Below, one piece after another: positions 56,471 to 64,000 of a stretch of DNA of 64,000 bases; position 1 is the stretch's first letter, and each line of letters opens with the position of its first letter. The DNA comes from Eledone cirrhosa (lineage: Eukaryota). Below the pieces are notes generated by a model that was given only the letters and a program-made list of their open reading frames with translations, was not told where the DNA came from and did not search any database. Location of the stretch: contig OZ024741.1 of NCBI GenBank assembly GCA_964016885.1, positions 54,002,001 to 54,066,000 on the forward strand, read 5' to 3'. The position numbers and the translations under genes were made by a program.

Positions 56471-56710
56471 TTCCGGGGGTACATTGTACCCTCAGATATA
56501 TATTAACCTTATTCAATATTCTCCAGTATGTAGAGAAAAATCCTGTCGTTCTATTTAGTTGCTAAAAATCTTTTTTGGTAGCGTTCATAGACGACTAGTC
56601 TATGATTTCCCGCCTTCACTATACACCAACGTATTTATGGGTCACTTTCACGACCTTTCAGACCTGTATTAGTTGGAATGAGGTCATATATTTTATCGTT
56701 CCTGGGGTTT
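56007..56710. repeat. Inverted repeat, apparently identical arms of about 245 bp around a (TA)n-rich spacer
   Basis: 56007-56252 is the reverse complement of 56465-56710. Confidence 0.93.
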
Positions 56711-56926
56711 TTAACCCTAGGATAGGATAATGCTTCTCTGATGATCTTTGCTTTTCCATTAATATCCACGTGATATCTAATGTTTTGCAACGTAAAACTG
56801 TACAGTTAGGGCCATTTGAATAGGTAAATATTTATATTATATTTTTTAATTTTGATTAATTTTAATTGTATATTAATTTTGATTTATTTTGAAAAATTGG
56901 TTGAATTTTACTTGTTCTGCTTATCT

Positions 56927-57010
<84 letters not shown>

Positions 57011-57012
57011 AT

Positions 57013-58150
57013 GAGGGTGCCGTAGTCTGCTTGAAGCACAGTGTCAGTGTATAAAGCAATATGTTAATTGAAGGCAACGAAGATGATGGTGTGTTAATTA
57101 TTATTTTATTTACCTGTCCTAATATTTCGCGGCTAAAAATCCTTCATCAGAAGACTTTAATGATAGACTGGCTCAGAATTTGTGCTTTTGTTGTATAAAG
57201 TGGTGATCTATTTATAGCTACCGCAAGTGATGGGAGAGTGACATTATATGTGGACTAACGTGTATAATGTTGGGTGTGTGTGTGTGTGCGCGTGTTCCTG
57301 ATTCTGTGCTTTTGTTTTTATTTTATGTCAACTTTTCCGACGTGTGTCAAATGTGTGAGGTTGCAATAGATTGGATAATAGAGCTATTCTAGGTTGAGTT
57401 ATGTGCTTGAGCTGTGTATGCGTCTGTACATTATTATGCCAGAGGTAACGTGTATGCGCGTTTAGGTTGAGTTCTAATCTATAGTTAATTTGTGGGTTAA
57501 GCTTAGATATTAGTATTCCTTTTTGATTCTAAGTTTACCTTAGATCCACTCACTGGCATCAATAGTAACTGTTATATCTTTGTTGCTGTTTTTGTATTTG
57601 TCTAAGTGTTTTCTAAAGGAGGATGTGTAATCATTATGATGTTCTTTAATATAGTGTAAACTTCCCAGCATTTGTCGCAGTGAGAGTGTTGGGTATATCA
57701 CGTATTCTCACTGGCACATACCTGTGTCTCGTATGGGGCAGTTTGCCAGCATTCATTGGCTGTTGTTGTTACTGGGTCACTTTTTCGTAAGTTGTCTTCG
57801 TAGGGCCGGAGTTGGCGAAATGTATGTCTAGCCACTCCTTGCAGATTGTTCTGTAGATCACCGGGGTTATATAATCATGGAAATATGCTTGTTTCTGGAA
57901 GCAAGTGTTGGAGGAGGTCTAATATTTCTGACGTTTCTGTCCCAGAAGATGAGTCATGGTGGATGTTGGGCATCCATTGATTTTTAGTACTTGCCGTAAA
58001 TGTGCCGTTTGGTGGGCTAGGTCCTCCTCGTTGCTGAATTTGCTCTGGTTACGTGTGAGTTCATTCCTCACGTATCCAGTTTTACCACCGAGGATGAGGA
58101 CTGATTTACGCGTTGTCTTCCAGAATACACCGTTCGCTTTGCAGCGTCTG
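57013..58150 (-). mobile_element. Decayed 5'-truncated Penelope-like element
   Basis: RT-thumb-like VFWKTT...KTGYV...LRQVLKINGCP and GIY-YIG-like VIY/CDKC/IKEH remnants, with a 3' hammerhead and a (TA)n end. Confidence 0.65.
57116..57155 (-). ncRNA. Minimal type I hammerhead ribozyme (weak stem II)
   Basis: gtctt CTGATGA aggatttttagccgc GAA ATAT T aggac. Stem I has 5 bp. Confidence 0.55.
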
Positions 58151-58279
58151 CACGTGTGTGTGTGTATATACATATAGATATAAATATATACACACACACA
58201 CACATATATATATGTGTGTGTATATATGAATGAAACAGTACTAGTCCTGTAGAAGCTCCTTCTATAAAATAAAATAAAA

Positions 58280-58337
<58 letters not shown>

Positions 58338-58619
58338 GTGTGTTTGTGTGTGTATATATATATATACATATTCATGTGTGTATATATATATATATACATA
58401 TTCATACATATATAATATATATTCATATATACATGCATATATATTTTTTTCTCATTGTTCAGTAACCTTTACTTGATATGAGATACTGAGGCAGGAACGA
58501 ATGTTAATAACTTCCTACAGGTTTTTGTACATAAATAATATTTGATGATGTCTTATTTACATATATTGTAAGCGTGACGGAATATTCTTAATTAGAAATA
58601 ACACTAAGACTGTGTGCTT

Positions 58620-60800
58620 CCGTATAGAGGCTTATATGGAACCATATCGAATATATTTATGTACAATAAACATAGACATATTCACGCTAAGATTGTTTAA
58701 TCTGTATCATATTACAACTAAAGCAGTATCTGTGCAAGGTACTAATGCTAATATCGTAAGCATACGAGTCGTTAATGCGTTTATTCGTGTCATATAAATT
58801 GGTGTTTTGCACAAACGGAAACGAAACAGAAAATAGCAACAAAGACAGCAAGACTTATGCTATTGATGCTTGCCAAAAATATTATGAATATCAGACAACT
58901 TTTTTAAAAGTGAAAAAGAATATTGGACAGGTATTTCAAGAAATGTTTTGCCTCATGAAGAATGGATATAGCCGCTGTCTATAGAAAGTGAGGCTGACAG
59001 TATTAACCAAAAAACGAAATTGACAGAAGCCAAAGTTGATATATGGAATATTAAGCATATATATTTTCTATCGATTAAGGAAGGGCATATGGAACTGTAT
59101 CCCTGATCTCTAAGGTGATGAGGAGAGAAACTGAATTTTTGTCCCACAGAGGTGCTTTTTGGTTTTATCCTATGTCATGGACTTTGGCAGCGGTATTTAC
59201 ACTTTGCTCATCGGCACCTTTGCATTGCAGTGCAGTATAATTGTACCATTGTGCTCGACTATGACATGTGGTCGAATAGATATCAACAGGGACATGCACA
59301 TGCAGAGACAGATGAAGAAGATTAAAGACTCATTTCGATGTTTTACCACGTAGTGTAGAATCAAATGCGATGCGACTGGTGATTCATGACATGATTTCCA
59401 ACTATTACGTATATGACAGCAAAAGCCACATGAAGATTTTCTCTCCTAGACAGCTGGAAAACTGTAACGGAAATAGAATGGCTGATAATAGCATAAACAA
59501 GCAACGCTGTTTCCCAAAGTTCACTTATTCTAGTTCCCATGATAGTCGAAAAATTCCTTCCATCTTCAATGCTGCGACCTGATAACCAGAAATTAGAAGT
59601 CCTTTATGCCAATACGGTACTCTATCATTTTGAGCTGATGAAGTAGGAATGAACGCCGAAGAGCTGGAGCGAATTATGACTTCCGCACAATAAAAGGAGT
59701 ATGAAAATTATACAAAATGCCCTCTCACTCACATACAGAAAATACTCAAGTTACATAAGAAAAAGGCCAACGCAGCCTCAGACGGTGAGAAATATGACTG
59801 TTCACGTCACAGCTCGGTTCCAGATTTATCAAGCAAAGTACTAGAATATGACTCTGTTTGTGATATGCTCACTCGAGAGAATAGGGGAATGTCAAATGTG
59901 GTCAGCGCTTTGATACAATCCAGGTGTTTTGCTCACGTGTTAGTTAAATTATACATTTTCACGTTTCACAATGTTTTCAATTTATACCTTATTTTAATTA
60001 TTGTGCGTCTTATTTATTCTCGGTTTGTAATTTGTTTCTAATTTTTAATATGTTCATTGAAAGTCACCGTTACATATCTTCTCGTTTTTATATGTTTTCT
60101 TGTCCGATTCTACCCATTTTTTAACGTATATGTTATATATATATATTAACTAATGGCCTTTGACTCGAAACACATCTATCCAATTTGGATCGTCTGCCAT
60201 TTATCTACTCGTGAAAGTGATCGTTTCTAATGACCAATAGGTAAATCTGCTGCAAACAATTACTGAAAGGAGATTTCAGGATGCCCTCATTACTGAAATC
60301 ATCCAGTATGCACTTGTTAAGTGTTTGAGCTTTGCTGATATGAGGTGTTTAACATCTCTTGCTATGTACTGGACTGATGCTCCTCTCCTTTTCCCTGTTT
60401 ATTCAGAGTGAGAATTTTAAAATTTTAGTCAGTACGTGAGACTGCTAGGAGTGAGAAACACCCCCTCAAGCCCGAGAGCTGAGTCAAAGGGTTTCGACTA
60501 TGTGATGTCCGCTAAAGGCACAAAAGAGTCAGACGGTGATGTTAAACCGGATGGCAGGCAAGTCACTCTTGAAGGTCGATCAATCTTAAGGCCTTCTTTT
60601 CGCGGGAAAAAGTATACAGCGTATATCTCTAACTCATATTTATGTAACAGGAAGTTACATGGTGGACACGGTAGAAAGGTTTGAAAATGGAGCATTCTAA
60701 CTAACTCAAGCAAATCTCTCATCAAATTCTTCAAGTAATATTTGAAGAAGAAAGTAAAAGGAGATTTTGCTGCTTTCCAGTAAAGTTAACGAGAGGTGAG
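58620..60800 (+). pseudogene. Candidate endogenous viral element: decayed L polymerase of a negative-strand RNA virus (Mononegavirales-like)
   Basis: Degenerate motifs occur in the correct order: LYGT/YRIY, IKE, LDYDMW, IHDM..YVY, EIEWL...*T, DNQ, GM...MTSA..YENYTK and RRFQDALITE. There are many stops and frameshifts, and the alignment was by eye only. Confidence 0.6.
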
Positions 60801-61360
60801 TGAAAATGATGAAATCAGAATAGCTAAAACGACTTCTACTAACTACACTGCAATAGGCTGATGGCTGGAAGTAAGAAAATACACTGAACTTTAGTGTGGC
60901 AAAATAATTCATAGCTGTATCTCAAATCAACCTTTAAAATTGCTTCATTGTGTTATAGTCCAGTTCCTTGTGTATTTTCGTTCAAATATTTTGGAGATTT
61001 ACTAAACTATACATTGTTGGAAACGTTAGGATATATTGAACACAAAAATCAATGTCGCCAATTTTTTAGGGTTCCGAACATGGCCGTCTTAGGATTTCAA
61101 AATGGCGACCGTTTGAAATCTAAATTTACCAATATATCCACTTCCAAGCCATGTAGCCTTTTACTTTCAGTGGCTAAACTTACATTTTAATGTGCCAGAG
61201 TCTAGAGAAATTGACTACAATCACTTACGTTTAACACGAAGAAAGAATTTTTAAATAAAAATACCAATTTTAATGACAAAACTGCAAACACCACATGCAA
61301 ATATGATATTTCTTCTCTAGATCCACTCATAATCAGGATATCGAAGCACGAGTCAAACAT

Positions 61361-61560
61361 AATAAAAATAAATTTGTCTTCACGTACAATTTATTTTAAT
61401 ACATAAAACAAATAAAAATAAACGTGTCTTCACGTACACTTTATTTTAATACATAAAACAAATAAAAATAAATGTGTCTTCACGTACACTTTATTTTAAT
61501 ACATAAAACAAATAAAAATAAATGTGTCTTCACGTACAATTTATTTTAATACATAAAACA
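61361..61560. repeat. 50-bp tandem repeat, 4 copies, in the Academ 3' subterminal region
   Basis: cacgtaca occurs at 61381, 61431, 61481 and 61531. Confidence 0.95.
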
Positions 61561-61692
61561 ATTAATTCGTGGACACTTTGCTTTTGTCCATTTCACGATA
61601 ATATCAGTCATGACTTTTAACAGGCAGGAATACAAATTTGTGCACACTTTGTTATTGCCACTTTTAGAACGGAATCAGTCATAGCCATGATA

Positions 61693-64000
61693 TCAGTCAT
61701 CACTCTCACTATCAGTATTACCTGAGTCAAGGTTTTCATAAACTTTTTCCGCGTCATTTTCACACTGTGTGGTGCACAGGCAAAGGTCGGTGCACTGCAG
61801 ATTCTTTGACCTGCAGGAACATCTTTGTGAGGAACAATCTCCCTTGCACTGGCATCTCACCATCTCGATGATGGCTTTAGGTGCTGGAGGATCATCAGTA
61901 GTGGTTGGCTTTAGTTGGCCATCATCTCCCTTGTAGTAGCCGTTCTGCATTGGATCCAGCGGAACTTGCTGGAGAGTGCTTGCCTAGCCCCAAACTCGTG
62001 CTTGCACATGTACCCTTAAGATGTGCTACTTGAGGGCACCAACTGTAGGTAGTAACATGTCACTCTCTGACATGTATTTACAGAACAGACACCATCGCAA
62101 CTCTGGAATGCTTTTGATTTGGATTCCCTTTGGACTGTAGGCAGGACACACAAAACTTTCCAAGCTGGTCAGAAGTTCTTCAGTCACTTCAGTATCATCA
62201 GACAGCTTTTTCAGAGCGTCAATGGTGTTATCGTCAGCTTCAAGGAAGATCTTGAACCATGTGGCTTTCCCTACTCTAGCAAACCTTCCTGTATTATCGG
62301 CGCCAGAGAAGGCATGGAATGCAGGTAAAGCCTTCGCCTTTTCTGGACCTAGAACGTCCCAGAATGGCTGGATCTTTAGAACACTTGATGCCATGGAGAT
62401 GGAGGTGTGCCTAGGTAACAAATCATAGTTGGCAATTACCAGAACCAGGATATCTGTGTCAGGTGAGAAAAAGTTAGTTGCATATCTCTTTGGTTTCGCC
62501 TTGTTGAAGATACTGCAAGGCATATCAACAGTGTGTCAGCTTCCTCGTGGTTGTTTTCACTGAAAGGTTCCAAATCCTTGTTGCTCCTGGTTTGGCCAGA
62601 TGCTGAAGTGATGACAAGGAATATTTGCTGTAGTACAGAGTCTTTTCTACCAAGTACTTGGTCAAATTAGCCTTCGTCTTTTCATGAGACAGGAATCTGC
62701 TCATGGCTATGTGCTTGATGCTCGTCTCATCTCTGACTTGATACTGGACTGGATCCTTCCCCTGGCGTCTCTTCTGCCTGGTTGCATTCTTCAAAGAATC
62801 GGTCTTATATGTGTCAAACACGAGAATTATTTCGTCAAAGTTCTGCGTGAGGTTCATCAGTCTTTCATAGAAACTTTGGCTTAGATCTCTCACTGTAACC
62901 ATGGTAGCTGGTTTCTTAGTCAGCTTCTGAATAAGCAACATTCTATCTACCACCGCAACCCTCCTGTTGTGATTGAGATTGTCCTTTTCAGTGGCTTCAT
63001 CTTGCAGTGAATCGCCTTGTGCTGTTTTCTCTGATGCTATCTACTCAAGGAGATGAATGAGTTTGGACTTGTCAGTGCATGGCAACACTGACACATTTGG
63101 GGAAAAGAGTGCTCTTGGCGTCAAGGTGAACTCGTAATTGCTTCTTTCTGGTTCACGTCTCGGTCGGACCTGGCAAGAATCATAAGTCTGCCATACAAAT
63201 CTTTGGTTTCCTTCATGTCAATGGTTTTGTCACGAACCTTTACAGTATGTCCCTTGTTGCCAGATGTGAACATCTCGTTGTTTTGTCTCTTCACTGGTGC
63301 CCAAAGGCTGACGTCCCCATTGATCCGTTCAGCAACATATTCCTCGTACAGCTTTTGTCCAGTGTCATCCATCTCCAAGATCTGCGTTACATACTAATCT
63401 GGGATATATGCATGAGTTATCAAGTTGTAGAGTGTTTTCCCATCAGCAGCAAATGGATTACCGTGAGTCAATATAGCACTCTTGATTTTGCTTACTGCTC
63501 CATGATCTCGCTTGATTGCAACTGGAGATAGGTCATGATGCTCAAGGGCATGGCTTTCACCAACACCGAATTGGTGCTTAAACTCCTTTGCAAGGCAGGA
63601 CATTTCAGGAGCTGCCATGAAGAAGCGTTGCCTTGGATTATTGAAAATTCTATTGAGACCAGCTTGAACTTTCATGAATTTGTTAAGTTGTTCACAGGCA
63701 TGGTCACCTCCAATGGATACGAACGGAATGGCATTCTTGGTGATGGATATATTGCCCTCTTCAAGTTCCCCCCATCTGTCGGGGTGGTTGGTCTTCAATG
63801 CGTGCATATCTGCTATGTAGCGTGGCCAGAGTCTCTTATACTTTAACCTGTCCATTGAGAAGAACAGCTTGCTCAGTGCTTCTCCAGCTTCAAGATGAAG
63901 ATGAAGATCAGCATTCCTCGATGCCGCTAAAAAGTACAGAACTGTCTCTACCCGATGCATATAGTTCATCAATGATCTGAACATGGCATTCTTAGACTTC
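61693..64000 (-). pseudogene. Academ transposase-XPG nuclease-CXC protein, frameshifted
   Basis: Motifs DRLKYKRLWP, DHACEQLNKFMK, IILVFDTY...LKNATRQKR, NHEEADTLL, SPDTDILVL, LPAFHAFSGADNT..F..VGKATW and CQCKGDCSSQRCSCRSKNLQCTDLCLC. Confidence 0.85.

Larger units (their letters stand above)
60956..64000 (-). mobile_element. AcademX-type DNA transposon, 3' portion
   Basis: Transposase C-terminus, XPG-like nuclease and Cys-rich terminus. The putative terminus is TAG at 60956, with a subterminal aaaatggcgacc motif. The element continues beyond the window. Confidence 0.78.

Noticed and set aside
61361-61560. CRISPR-like regular repeats
   Set aside because: These are contiguous 50-bp tandem units with no unique spacers, in a eukaryotic context with no cas genes.

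Overview
AT-rich eukaryotic genomic DNA, most likely a coleoid cephalopod (Octopus-type tRNA-SINEs, dense (TA)n/(CA)n/(AAT)n); I see no intact host gene. Bases 1-25.3 kb are triplet-derived satellite, and their long ORFs are repeat artefacts. The rest is mostly transposon remains: a maT-like Tc1/mariner, a full-length decayed Tx1-clade L1 inside (AAT)n plus an internally deleted relative, an RTE 3' end, SINEs, a Helitron-like element, an AcademX element, and several Penelope-like elements (PLEs). Two things stand out. First, (TA)n-flanked fold-back repeats carry minimal type-I hammerhead ribozymes, including a non-coding 430-bp retrozyme-like unit with an intact hammerhead and an octamer, and palindromes that turn around at hammerhead stem II. 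Second, 58.6-60.9 kb looks like a decayed endogenous fragment of a negative-strand RNA virus L polymerase (Mononegavirales-like) that the ORF track does not show. All family calls come from motif recognition by eye and need database confirmation.
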